IMG/VR virus record: IMGVR_UViG_3300029337_000248
Location: 1 to 19,378 of that record
Length of the DNA: 19,378 nucleotides
Source of the DNA: a virus
Taxonomy: Duplodnaviria > Heunggongvirae > Uroviricota > Caudoviricetes
Strand: one strand, 5' to 3'
In this document: positions 1 to 8,789 of the stretch, piece after piece
Position numbering within the stretch: the first letter of the stretch is position 1
How the letters are laid out: each line of letters starts with the position of its first letter
Position numbers and translations under genes: made by a program
Notes under the pieces: model-generated
Seen by the model: only the letters and a program-made list of their open reading frames with translations
What the model was told of the DNA's origin: nothing
Database searches by the model: none

Positions 1-258
1 ATGCAAACCGTTATTTTTGGTCGTCCGGGTTGCCCTTACTGTGTGCGTGCAAAAGATCTGGCTGAGAAATTGAGCAATGAACACGATGATTTTCAGTATC
101 ACTATGTAGATATTCGTGCGGAAGGGATCACTAAAGAAGATCTACAACAAAAGGCAGGTAAACCCGTAGAAACCGTGCCGCAGATTTTTGTCGATCAGCA
201 ACATATCGGCGGCTATACCGATTTTGCTGCATGGGTGAAAGAAAATCTGGACGCCTGA
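1..258 (+). CDS. grxA: Glutaredoxin 1
   Basis: 85 aa ORF with the CPYC active-site motif (GRPGCPYCVRAK); sequence recognised as E. coli glutaredoxin 1 from memory; complete from ATG at 1 to TGA. Confidence 0.95.
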   Translation: MQTVIFGRPGCPYCVRAKDLAEKLSNEHDDFQYHYVDIRAEGITKEDLQQKAGKPVETVPQIFVDQQHIGGYTDFAAWVKENLDA

Positions 259-267
259 TCGTCTGAC

Positions 268-300
268 AAGCCCTCGCGTTGAGGGCTTTACTGATTTTTT
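268..300 (+). terminator. Hairpin (AAGCCCTC-gcgtt-GAGGGCTT) followed by a T-run, lying between convergent grxA and ybjM; probable intrinsic terminator
   Basis: Perfect 8-bp inverted repeat at 268-288 with a 5-nt loop, T6 at 295-300; the T-run is several nt from the stem, so moderate confidence. Confidence 0.45.
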
Positions 301-665
301 CTGTGCTGTGGTTTAAACAAACTACTGATAAATAAGAAACACAGTGCCCCCAGCGCACACCAGAACACCGCACTTAATAACCATGCCAGCTCTTGCCAGA
401 ATGAGCGCGTCGGTGAAAAAAACAGCCGCATAATGAGCATCGAACAGGGTGCCGCCAGCATTGCGCCAAACAGAGGTTTCAGGACTTCTCTACGCTGTGA
501 AAAGAAGCTGGCGACTGCTCCAGGAAGAATGAAAAATAGCAAGCCGATTTCAGGATGCCCGGCAGCCCGAAAAGCGCCTTTCATGTGCGTCGCCAGAAAA
601 AGGCACACCACAATGAAGAGGACAAAACAGCAGATTGCCCCCGCCCAACGTTGTTTATGTTTCAC
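288..665 (-). CDS. ybjM: Inner membrane protein YbjM
   Basis: 125 aa hydrophobic ORF convergent with grxA; sequence (MKHKQRWAGAICCFVLF...) and position between grxA and ybjL match the E. coli ybjM locus as I recall it. Confidence 0.8.
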   Translation of the reverse strand: MKHKQRWAGAICCFVLFIVVCLFLATHMKGAFRAAGHPEIGLLFFILPGAVASFFSQRREVLKPLFGAMLAAPCSMLIMRLFFSPTRSFWQELAWLLSAVFWCALGALCFLFISSLFKPQHRKNQ

Positions 666-934
666 TCGTTCCTCCTGACACTGCGTCTATCGAACACATT
701 TTTCGCCAGTGTGGCGTTCAGTAAGATAAAGCCGCTTCGCATTCCATGCTAATATAGGCCAACGCAATTCATATAGCCGTTGATACCTAATGTGATTACA
801 CTAGTAAAATATATTGTTACTTTACTATCGTTTAGGTGCGCTGAATGAATCTGCGCCCTGAATTCTGGTAAAAAACATTATCGTAAATTACCATTTCTTT
901 CAACAGCTTACTAGTAAACAAGAAGTTAGCCTCC

Positions 935-2620
935 GTGAATATAAACGTCGCCGAATTGTTAAATGGGAATTACATTCTGTTATTATTTGTGGTCCTCGCG
1001 CTTGGGCTATGTCTCGGAAAGTTACGACTTGGTTCGATCCAACTGGGTAATTCCATTGGCGTTTTAGTCGTATCGCTGTTATTAGGCCAACAACATTTCA
1101 GCATTAACACCGATGCGCTTAATCTTGGCTTTATGCTGTTTATTTTCTGTGTTGGGGTTGAAGCCGGACCGAACTTTTTTTCCATTTTTTTTCGCGATGG
1201 GAAAAATTACCTAATGTTAGCACTGGTGATGGTTGGCAGTGCGCTGGTGATCGCCTTAGGGTTAGGTAAGCTGTTTGGCTGGGATATTGGCCTGACGGCC
1301 GGTATGTTAGCAGGCTCTATGACGTCGACACCGGTTCTGGTCGGTGCTGGCGATACACTGCGTCATTCCGGCATGGAAAGCAGGCAGCTCTCACTGGCAC
1401 TGGATAATCTGAGCCTCGGGTATGCCTTAACCTATTTAATCGGTCTGGTGAGTTTGATTGTTGGTGCGCGTTACTTGCCGAAATTGCAGCATCAGGACTT
1501 ACAGACCAGCGCCCAGCAAATCGCCCGCGAACGTGGCCTGGACACTGATGCCAACCGTAAGGTTTATTTACCGGTGATCCGCGCCTATCGCGTCGGCCCG
1601 GAGCTGGTGGCCTGGACCGACGGCAAAAATCTGCGTGAACTGGGTATTTATCGACAAACCGGCTGCTACATTGAACGTATTCGACGTAACGGGATTCTGG
1701 CAAATCCAGACGGTGATGCCGTGCTACAAATGGGCGATGAAATAGCGTTGGTAGGCTATCCCGACGCCCATGCCCGACTCGATCCCAGCTTCCGTAACGG
1801 TAAAGAAGTTTTCGATCGTGACCTTCTCGACATGCGTATCGTCACTGAAGAAGTGGTCGTTAAAAACCATAACGCTGTAGGTAAACGTCTCGCACAACTG
1901 AAGTTGACCGATCACGGTTGCTTCCTTAACCGCGTCATTCGTAGCCAGATTGAGATGCCGATAGATGACAACGTCGTGCTTAACAAAGGTGACGTTTTAC
2001 AAGTCAGCGGTGATGCCCGTCGCGTAAAAACCATCGCCGATCGCATCGGCTTTATCTCGATTCACAGCCAGGTCACTGACCTGCTGGCATTTTGCGCCTT
2101 CTTTGTTATTGGGCTGATGATCGGGATGATCACCTTCCAGTTCAGCACATTCAGTTTCGGCATGGGGAACGCTGCCGGGTTGTTATTCGCCGGAATTATG
2201 CTGGGCTTTATGCGTGCTAACCACCCGACCTTCGGTTACATTCCGCAGGGTGCATTAAGCATGGTGAAAGAGTTCGGCTTGATGGTGTTTATGGCAGGCG
2301 TTGGTCTGAGCGCCGGTAGCGGTATTAATAACGGCCTGGGCGCGATTGGCGGTCAGATGTTGATTGCCGGATTGATTGTCAGTCTGGTGCCCGTGGTTAT
2401 CTGTTTCTTGTTCGGTGCTTATGTATTGCGAATGAACCGCGCGCTGTTGTTCGGCGCAATGATGGGCGCACGTACCTGCGCGCCGGCAATGGAGATCATC
2501 AGTGATACAGCTCGCAGTAACATCCCGGCGCTGGGCTATGCGGGCACCTATGCAATCGCCAACGTCCTGCTGACGCTGGCAGGGACAATCATCGTCATGG
2601 TATGGCCAGGATTAGGATAA
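935..2620 (+). CDS. ybjL: Putative transporter YbjL (AAE-family membrane protein with central soluble domains)
   Basis: 561 aa ORF with N- and C-terminal hydrophobic halves flanking a soluble central region; sequence ([20 protein letters not shown]...) and synteny with ybjM-grxA recognised from memory. Confidence 0.9.
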
Positions 2621-2726
2621 AACTGAAGTTGCCCTGAAAATGAAATTTTTTTGCACAACCGCAGAACTTTTCCGCAGGGCATCAGTCTTAATTAGTGCCA
2701 CTGCTTTTCTTTGATGTCCCCATTTT

Positions 2727-2772
2727 GTGGAGCCCATCAACCCCGCCATTTCGGTTCAAGGTTGATGGGTTT
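2727..2772 (+). terminator. Intrinsic terminator downstream of ybjL; probably the last host-type feature before the prophage end
   Basis: Perfect 10-bp stem CCCATCAACC / GGTTGATGGG with a structured loop, followed by TTTTTTGTT on the + strand; no U-run in the minus-strand reading. Confidence 0.6.
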
Positions 2773-2855
2773 TTTGTTGCCTGAAATTTATACCTTTTAA
2801 AATCATGATGTTAGAAGCACTGCTTTTTAACGATGGCGACAAAATGGCGGCAGCG

Positions 2856-3074
2856 TCAAAGAGAGAGCGCCACCTGTCCTGATTTCATTGGATGCGGCTG
2901 AACCGGATTTGACTCTTTTGGCGTTGCAATCGAACGAACAAAAGTTTCATGGGTAACAAAAGTATGGCTGCAGTTAATGTTCTGGCACTGGTTGTAACGC
3001 TCTTTGGTCAATGAAGATACCTGAAAACTGCTGCGAGTATGGGCGGCACTTCCACACAGTGGGCAAATCATCAT
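2856..3074 (-). CDS. ogr: Ogr/B-family zinc-finger late-gene transcription activator
   Basis: ~72 aa product from the internal Met (MMICPLCGSAAH...ERYNQCQNINCSHTF) carrying the CPLC...CQN.NC zinc-finger pattern of P2 Ogr / 186 B; immediately downstream of D as in P2. GGGGAG lies ~10 nt upstream of the chosen ATG. Confidence 0.85.
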   Translation of the reverse strand: MMICPLCGSAAHTRSSFQVSSLTKERYNQCQNINCSHTFVTHETFVRSIATPKESNPVQPHPMKSGQVALSL

Positions 3075-3164
3075 TTTTCGAGTTCTCCCCATTTTTGCTA
3101 AATTCACAATAATGATACCGTATTATTCCATTTTGCAAACTTAAAAGTTCTCCATTGCGAAGAA

Positions 3165-4265
3165 TCATTCCATTTCGAAATCATCAATCCTCACTTCAAG
3201 CTCCAGACTGGTCGTAAAACCGTTATCCGGGCTGACGGTATGTGTCAGAGTCGTAATGGTCCATTCCGCATCATCTATCGGCTGTTTAAAACCACTGACT
3301 TTCACTGGCATTTCCGTGTAGAGATCTGCCCGACCTTCCGCCAGTTGTAGCGAGAATGACGCAACGCCGCGTTGCAGGCGTTCCCACTGCATTTTCGCCG
3401 CTCGTTCGGCGTTGCTCCGGTTGGCATAAGTGCGATTAAGTACCAGCACGTTTTCATCCGTACCCACCAGGTAATCGCCCTGCTTCGCTTCCGGCTCTTT
3501 CGTCTGCTTCTTAGTCCTGCGCTTACGCTTCACCGTGGTGCTTTCTTTCTTCGAGGGTTCGCGAGTATGCAACCAGCTGGCAATTACGCCCGTGTAAGCT
3601 CCGCGATCTGCCAGGGTAAAGCGGTGACTGTCGCCGTCCTTACGTGTGATAGTGATCACCGGTAGTGGTTTACCGCTGGCGCTTTTACCCTGTCCCTGTC
3701 GGATGAATAACAGATTGCCATTTTTCACCGACGCAATAGCACCGTACTGGCGCGCCAGCCGCATCAGAAAACTGCCGTCACTCTCATTGGTCTGGTCTAA
3801 ATGTTCCACGGTTTTATCTGACAGGTCTTTACCCAATGCCATCTTCAGTTTGTGCCGCGCAGCTATTTCCTTCACCACTTCCCCAACGGTGGTCTTGTGC
3901 CACGACTTTTCACGGCGGGTATTCAGCGTTTCACGAAAATCAGCACTTCGCGCCCGGATAGTCAGGCGGTCCGGTGCGCCAGTGTGTTCAATCTCGTCCA
4001 CCGTGAATGTCCCTTTCGGGAAAAGCGGCTGCCCCTTCCAGCCCAGCGCCAGCGTAATGACCGCACCACGGCGCGGCAGCACGATTTTTCCGTCGGCGTC
4101 GTCCAGCTCCAGATCAAGCTGGTCCGCTTCAAAGCCCCGATTGTCCGTCAGCGTCAAACTCATCAGGCGGTTATCCAGCACAGTGGTGATATCCCTGCCC
4201 TCAATACTGATGCTGAATGCGGGAGTTTTGTTGCCTTTGTTAAGCAGTTCAGAGCTGAAATTCAC
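3165..4265 (-). CDS. D: Phage late control / tail protein D (P2 gpD family)
   Basis: 366 aa ORF, the last gene of the T-U-D order, read on the minus strand; size and sequence character fit P2 gpD (recalled ~387 aa). Confidence 0.85.
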   Translation of the reverse strand: MNFSSELLNKGNKTPAFSISIEGRDITTVLDNRLMSLTLTDNRGFEADQLDLELDDADGKIVLPRRGAVITLALGWKGQPLFPKGTFTVDEIEHTGAPDRLTIRARSADFRETLNTRREKSWHKTTVGEVVKEIAARHKLKMALGKDLSDKTVEHLDQTNESDGSFLMRLARQYGAIASVKNGNLLFIRQGQGKSASGKPLPVITITRKDGDSHRFTLADRGAYTGVIASWLHTREPSKKESTTVKRKRRTKKQTKEPEAKQGDYLVGTDENVLVLNRTYANRSNAERAAKMQWERLQRGVASFSLQLAEGRADLYTEMPVKVSGFKQPIDDAEWTITTLTHTVSPDNGFTTSLELEVRIDDFEME

Positions 4266-4747
4266 GACAGCAGCCCTCCCACCGTTTTACTGATATCGCT
4301 TAAAGCAGACGTTGCCATGTCCTGCAGATTATTCAGTTGCGCACTGAGATCACCGAACATATCGGACAGGGATTCATCCACCCGTTTGAGCGACAGGGTG
4401 AACTCAATCCGGCGCGGCATACCGTCGCGGAAAAACTCCGTTTTAGTCTGATTCAGTCCCTCAATCACATACATGCCATAAATCGTGCCGCTGCCTTCAA
4501 TCAGGGGCCATGCTTTCCCCTGTTCTGCCATCTGCTCCAGCGCCAGCAGCGACAGCCTGCCACCTGTTATCTCCGGCATAAGAACACCGGAAAGCGTCAG
4601 CATGTCGTTGTCCGGTCCCAGAAACTGCGTGGACGGACGTCGGTTTACCCGGCTGTTTGCCGCATGTCGCCAGTTGCGTTGATACTGCAGCTCCTGATAC
4701 GGCACGGTGCGCAGCATAAACACGTACAATCCCAGCACCATCATCAT
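4262..4747 (-). CDS. U: Phage tail protein U (P2 gpU family)
   Basis: 161 aa ORF whose stop overlaps the D start by 4 nt (ATGA), between the T fragment and D; size matches P2 gpU (~160 aa). Confidence 0.85.
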   Translation of the reverse strand: MMMVLGLYVFMLRTVPYQELQYQRNWRHAANSRVNRRPSTQFLGPDNDMLTLSGVLMPEITGGRLSLLALEQMAEQGKAWPLIEGSGTIYGMYVIEGLNQTKTEFFRDGMPRRIEFTLSLKRVDESLSDMFGDLSAQLNNLQDMATSALSDISKTVGGLLS

Positions 4748-5448
4748 GCGTCGTATCCCCCCTGATCGCTGTAGTTACTCCTGGCTTTTGCCTTCAACCT
4801 GCGTTCACGTTCATCAAGCTGGCGGGCCACCTCCCGCGCAATATCCTGCGCACTTTGTCCTGGCTGCGTCTGGATGATGATCTGCGTCGGTGCCTCAATC
4901 CTGTAAACGGGCGGCACAGTGGCTGCGCGACTCACAATTGCTTCTCCACCTTTCGCGGGAAGTGCCAAAGGGTGCAACGGTGGAAGCTCTGCTGGTGCGG
5001 CAGCAACGCCCATCATTCCGGCAACAACGGCAGCCAGTGCAGCTGTATTTCTCCGGCTAGTCACATTTGCCGGGCCGTTAACAATTTCCGGCCCGTTTTC
5101 ACCGACGATGCCAAACTGCCCGCGCGGGATATACCCGCCGCTGTCATACATCCCCGCAAAGCCATATCCCCATGATGGAAAACCACCCGATGGCATCATC
5201 ACTTTACCGTCTGCATTCACCGTCGCAGGTTGCTGACGCGTCACGCTTTCCGGCAGTTTTGCCTTTGCGGCCTCTTTACTGACAATGCCGAGCTTCTCCA
5301 GCAACCAGGAAACGCCGGATTTCAGGGAGTCCAGCGGATGCATGACCATATTCAGCCCTTCCGCCAGTGCCTCCCCGAATCTCCGCCCCATTGCCGCTGC
5401 ACTCTGCAGTTCGGCAGAGGTCGACTTAACGGGCGTCAACCGTAACAA
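4744..5448 (-). pseudogene. T: Tail tape-measure protein T, C-terminal fragment only (5' part deleted)
   Basis: 234 aa ORF directly upstream of U in the T-U-D order; P2 gpT is ~815 aa from memory, and the reading frame runs straight into the terminase fragment on the opposite strand with no E/E' or other tail genes upstream. Confidence 0.7.
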
Positions 5449-6865
5449 AGGCCCGCGCCGTCAGCCGGAAAAGAACGTTTTCACCGATGAACAGATTGAG
5501 AAGCTGGAAGAAATCTTCCATTCCTCCATGTTCAACTACCAGCGCCACTGGTGGGAAGCCGGAAAAACCAACCGCATCCGCAACCTGCTGAAGTCACGCC
5601 AGATCGGCGCGACCTTCTATTTTGCCCGTGAAGCCCTGATTGACGCCCTGCTAACCGGGCGTAACCAGATTTTCCTTTCCGCCAGCAAGGCTCAGGCCCA
5701 CGTCTTTAAGCAGTACATCATCGACTTCGCCAAAGAAGTGGAGGTGGAGCTGAAAGGCGATCCGATGGTGCTTCCTAACGGGGCCACGCTTTACTTCCTC
5801 GGCACCAATGCCCGCACTGCCCAGAGTTATCACGGCAACCTGTATCTGGATGAATATTTCTGGATACCGAAATTCCAGGAGCTGCGCAAAGTGGCTTCCG
5901 GTATGGCTATTCACAAGAAATGGCGACAAACCTATTTTTCCACGCCATCCAGCCTGACTCATAGTGCTTATCCGTTCTGGTCCGGTGCGCTGTTCAACCG
6001 TGGGCGCAACAAAGCCGATAAGGTGGACATCGACCTGTCCCACAGCAATCTGGCCCCCGGCCAGCTGTGCGCCGACGGGCAATACCGCCAGATAGTCACC
6101 GTGGAAGATGCGGTGCGCGGCGGCTGTAACCTGTTCGACCTTGACCAGTTGCGCATGGAGTACAGCCCGGACGAATACCAGAACCTGCTGATGTGCGAGT
6201 TTGTGGACGATCTCGCGTCCGTGTTTCCGCTCAGCGAGCTGCAGGCGTGCATGGTGGACAGTTGGGAAGTCTGGACCGACTTTCATGCTCTGGCCCTGCG
6301 CCCATTTGGCTGGCGCGAAGTGTGGATCGGTTATGACCCGGCAAAAGGTACGCAGAACGGCGACAGCGCCGGATGCGTGGTGGTGGCACCGCCAGCCGTG
6401 CCAGGCGGTAAGTTTCGCATTCTCGAGCGTCACCAGTGGCGCGGGATGGACTTCCGTGCCCAGGCGGACGCAATCAAAAAACTGACCGAGCAGTACAACG
6501 TGACCTACATCGGCATCGACTCAACCGGCGTTGGTCACGGGGTTTACGAGAACGTGAAAGCGTTCTTTCCTGCCGTCCGGGAGTTTGTCTACAACCCCAA
6601 CGTTAAAAACGCCCTGGTACTCAAGGCCTACGACATTATCAGCCACCGCCGTCTGGAGTTTGACGCCGGACACACCGACATAGCGCAGTCCTTTATGGCA
6701 ATCCGTCGCTCCACCACCGCCAGTGGCAACCGCCCGACCTATGAAGCCAGCCGCAGCGAAGAAGCCAGCCACGCCGATCTGGCATGGGCAACGATGCACG
6801 CACTGTTTAACGAACCGCTGCAGGGCGAATCCGCCAATACCAGCAATATTGTGGAGATTTTTTGA
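5449..6865 (+). pseudogene. P: Terminase large (ATPase/nuclease) subunit P, N-terminally truncated
   Basis: ORF 5285-6865 translates to a terminase-like protein (C-terminal nuclease-type segment ...YIGIDSTGVGHG...) and is followed by portal Q with a 4-nt overlap. Its first ~55 codons overlap the T fragment on the other strand, so the homologous part starts near 5450-5475, well short of the ~590 aa I recall for P2 gpP. Boundary is approximate. Confidence 0.7.
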
Positions 6866-7890
6866 TGGGAAAGAGTAAGAAAAACCGCGCAGCGGCGATG
6901 AATCAGATCCAGCATAAAAGCCAGACTTCAGCCGAAGCATTCAGCTTCGGCGATCCCGTTCCTGTTCTGGACCGTCGCGAACTGCTGGACTATGTGGAAT
7001 GCGTACAGATGGACCGCTGGTATGAGCCGCCTGTGAGTTTCGACGGCCTGGCGCGAACATTCCGCGCCGCCGTACACCACAGCTCACCGATTGCAGTAAA
7101 GTGCAACATTCTGACCAGCACCTATATCCCTCACCCACTGCTCAGCCAGCAGGCTTTTTCACGTTTTGTGCAGGACTATCTGGTATTTGGTAACGCCTAC
7201 CTGGAGAAACGCACGAACCGCTTCGGTGAAGTTATCGCCCTTGAACCTGCGCTGGCAAAATACACCCGACGCGGGTTAGACCTGGATACCTACTGGTTTG
7301 TGCAATACGGCATGACTACGCAGCCGTATCAGTTCACGAAAGGCAGCATCTTTCATCTGATGGAACCGGATATCAACCAGGAGATCTACGGCCTGCCCGG
7401 TTATCTTTCTGCCATTCCGTCAGCCCTGCTCAACGAGTCCGCCACGTTGTTCCGCCGTAAGTATTACATCAACGGCAGCCATGCAGGCTTCATCATGTAC
7501 ATGACCGATGCCGCGCAGAATCAGGAGGATGTGAACAACCTCCGCAACGCGATGAAAAGCGCCAAAGGTCCAGGCAACTTCCGCAACCTGTTTATGTACT
7601 CACCTAACGGCAAAAAAGACGGGCTTCAGATCATCCCATTGTCAGAAGTCGCGGCGAAGGATGAATTTCTTAACATCAAGAACGTGAGTCGGGATGACAT
7701 GATGGCAGCGCACCGCGTGCCGCCGCAAATGATGGGGATTATGCCGAATAATGTTGGGGGGTTTGGGGATGTGGAGAAAGCAAGTAAAGTGTTTGTACGA
7801 AACGAACTTATACCATTACAAAAACGCTTAGGAGAGATAAATGAATGGCTTGATAAAAAAATAATAGAATTTGAAATATATTCATTCTGA
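6862..7890 (+). CDS. Q: Portal (capsid vertex) protein Q
   Basis: 342 aa ORF immediately downstream of P with overlapping stop/start, matching the P-then-Q order and ~344 aa size of P2 gpQ. Confidence 0.85.
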   Translation: MMGKSKKNRAAAMNQIQHKSQTSAEAFSFGDPVPVLDRRELLDYVECVQMDRWYEPPVSFDGLARTFRAAVHHSSPIAVKCNILTSTYIPHPLLSQQAFSRFVQDYLVFGNAYLEKRTNRFGEVIALEPALAKYTRRGLDLDTYWFVQYGMTTQPYQFTKGSIFHLMEPDINQEIYGLPGYLSAIPSALLNESATLFRRKYYINGSHAGFIMYMTDAAQNQEDVNNLRNAMKSAKGPGNFRNLFMYSPNGKKDGLQIIPLSEVAAKDEFLNIKNVSRDDMMAAHRVPPQMMGIMPNNVGGFGDVEKASKVFVRNELIPLQKRLGEINEWLDKKIIEFEIYSF

Positions 7891-7947
7891 TACATTTACA
7901 TAACTTAATAGGACATCCATCGCTCAACACATAATAAGAAAAAAACT

Positions 7948-7965
7948 ACGGCACTACCGTGCCGT
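7948..7965 (-). terminator. Intrinsic terminator for the three-gene cargo operon (possibly bidirectional with Q)
   Basis: Stem ACGGCAC / GTGCCGT with loop TACC; in the minus-strand reading the hairpin is followed by AGTTTTTTTCTTATT, and it lies 10 nt past the stop of the 7975-8472 gene. Confidence 0.6.
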
Positions 7966-7974
7966 AACAAATTA

Positions 7975-8472
7975 TCACTTTAAGAATTTTTTCTGATAAG
8001 ACTCATCAATTAGAGATTTAATTATTTTCGCCCTTTTTGACACTAATACACTAATTCTTGTCCTTTGACTTTTATCATACTCCTGTGCTTTTTCAATATT
8101 AGATGTAGCATCTTTGAATAAATCAGCAATCAAAGGTTTATAGTCACCTTCGATATTAATGCGTTGTTTTAGATGATTCAACCACCGCTCGGTCTCCGCA
8201 AGAAGTGCTGTTATCTCATTTTGAAATGACATTGCATCAATTTCTTTTGAATCTCCCGGTATCCAAAACTTTCTTGATGCAGATTCAATTTCCTTTAAAT
8301 TATCTGAAACATTTTTTACAATTGCCCATGTTTCACTCCTCTTTTGCAACGCACGGGAGTTTCTATAAACAAAAACCCAACCAATCAAGGCTGTTAGAAT
8401 TGCAATCACACCTGAACTAGCAAGGTATTGTAATAACCGCAGATAAACCGGAAGTTCATCCATGAACATCAC
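7975..8472 (-). CDS. Single-pass membrane protein of unknown function (candidate effector), third gene of the cargo operon
   Basis: 165 aa ORF; one predicted transmembrane helix near the N-terminus (LLQYLASSGVIAILTALIGWVFVY), then a charged, likely helical domain; start overlaps the stop of the upstream gene by 4 nt; AT-rich codon usage. Confidence 0.75.
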   Translation of the reverse strand: MMFMDELPVYLRLLQYLASSGVIAILTALIGWVFVYRNSRALQKRSETWAIVKNVSDNLKEIESASRKFWIPGDSKEIDAMSFQNEITALLAETERWLNHLKQRINIEGDYKPLIADLFKDATSNIEKAQEYDKSQRTRISVLVSKRAKIIKSLIDESYQKKFLK

Positions 8473-8789
8473 TCCTTTTTAGCATCAGAAATATATCCCC
8501 ATATACTATCCTTGAGGAAATCCAAATCAGTAAATATTTTTAATTTTTTCCTAATTATAGCTTTATCTATATTATTTGTTCTATAAAGTCCACCAAACGC
8601 CTCTTCCAAGAATGAAGAACCATAACCCATAGCACCATCAAGGTACACGTGCACCTCATCATAATCTTGGATGGCTTTCAAAAGATACTTTTCACGGAAA
8701 CGTTGTCCATTATCAGGACCATCCTCATCATAGCGGCCATAGGGAACATCTGAAAAATCTTCAGCAACATGTATCTCTTTGATTTTCAT
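8469..8789 (-). CDS. Small acidic protein, candidate STAS-like (anti-sigma-antagonist-like / DUF4325-like) partner, second gene of the cargo operon
   Basis: 106 aa ORF translationally coupled (4-nt overlaps) to both neighbours. Size and a ...LDGAMGYGSSFLEEAF... segment with adjacent serines resemble the phosphorylatable region of STAS/SpoIIAA-like proteins. The family call is by eye and tentative. Confidence 0.7.
   Translation of the reverse strand: MKIKEIHVAEDFSDVPYGRYDEDGPDNGQRFREKYLLKAIQDYDEVHVYLDGAMGYGSSFLEEAFGGLYRTNNIDKAIIRKKLKIFTDLDFLKDSIWGYISDAKKE

Noticed and set aside
131-752. Track ORFs 131-373 (-), 433-678 (+) and 555-752 (+)
   Set aside because: They overlap grxA or ybjM in other frames or on the opposite strand; grxA and ybjM are recognisable genes and account for the region.
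970-1915. Minus-strand ORFs 970-1185, 1317-1703 and 1724-1915 inside ybjL
   Set aside because: Antisense shadow ORFs within a recognised 561 aa membrane transporter gene; no translation signals noted.
2621-2855. Possible tRNA gene at the prophage integration site
   Set aside because: P2-family phages often integrate at tRNA genes, but I see no tRNA-like cloverleaf or conserved T-arm sequence here; the prominent hairpin is better explained as the ybjL terminator.
2974-3168. 64 aa minus-strand ORF overlapping the ogr-like gene
   Set aside because: Overlaps the zinc-finger activator gene in another frame; the ogr-like reading frame carries the recognisable motif.
3372-5445. Plus-strand ORFs 3372-3665, 3646-4293, 3852-4451, 4337-4765, 4485-4682, 4855-5175, 4919-5236 and 5230-5445
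   Set aside because: All lie antisense to the D, U and T-fragment coding sequences; low-complexity Ser/Arg/Pro-rich translations typical of shadow frames.
5285-5448. First ~55 codons of the long plus-strand ORF 5285-6865
   Set aside because: This stretch overlaps the tape-measure fragment on the opposite strand and reads as low-complexity sequence; terminase homology most likely starts only near 5450-5475, so the ORF start is not a genuine terminase N-terminus.
5651-7138. ORFs 5651-6433 (-), 5968-6252 (-), 6201-6485 (+), 6231-6473 (-), 6521-6940 (-) and 6941-7138 (-)
   Set aside because: Shadow ORFs inside or antisense to the terminase and portal genes.
7626-7895. 89 aa minus-strand ORF at the 3' end of Q
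   Set aside because: Entirely antisense to the portal gene; ends before the cargo-operon terminator.
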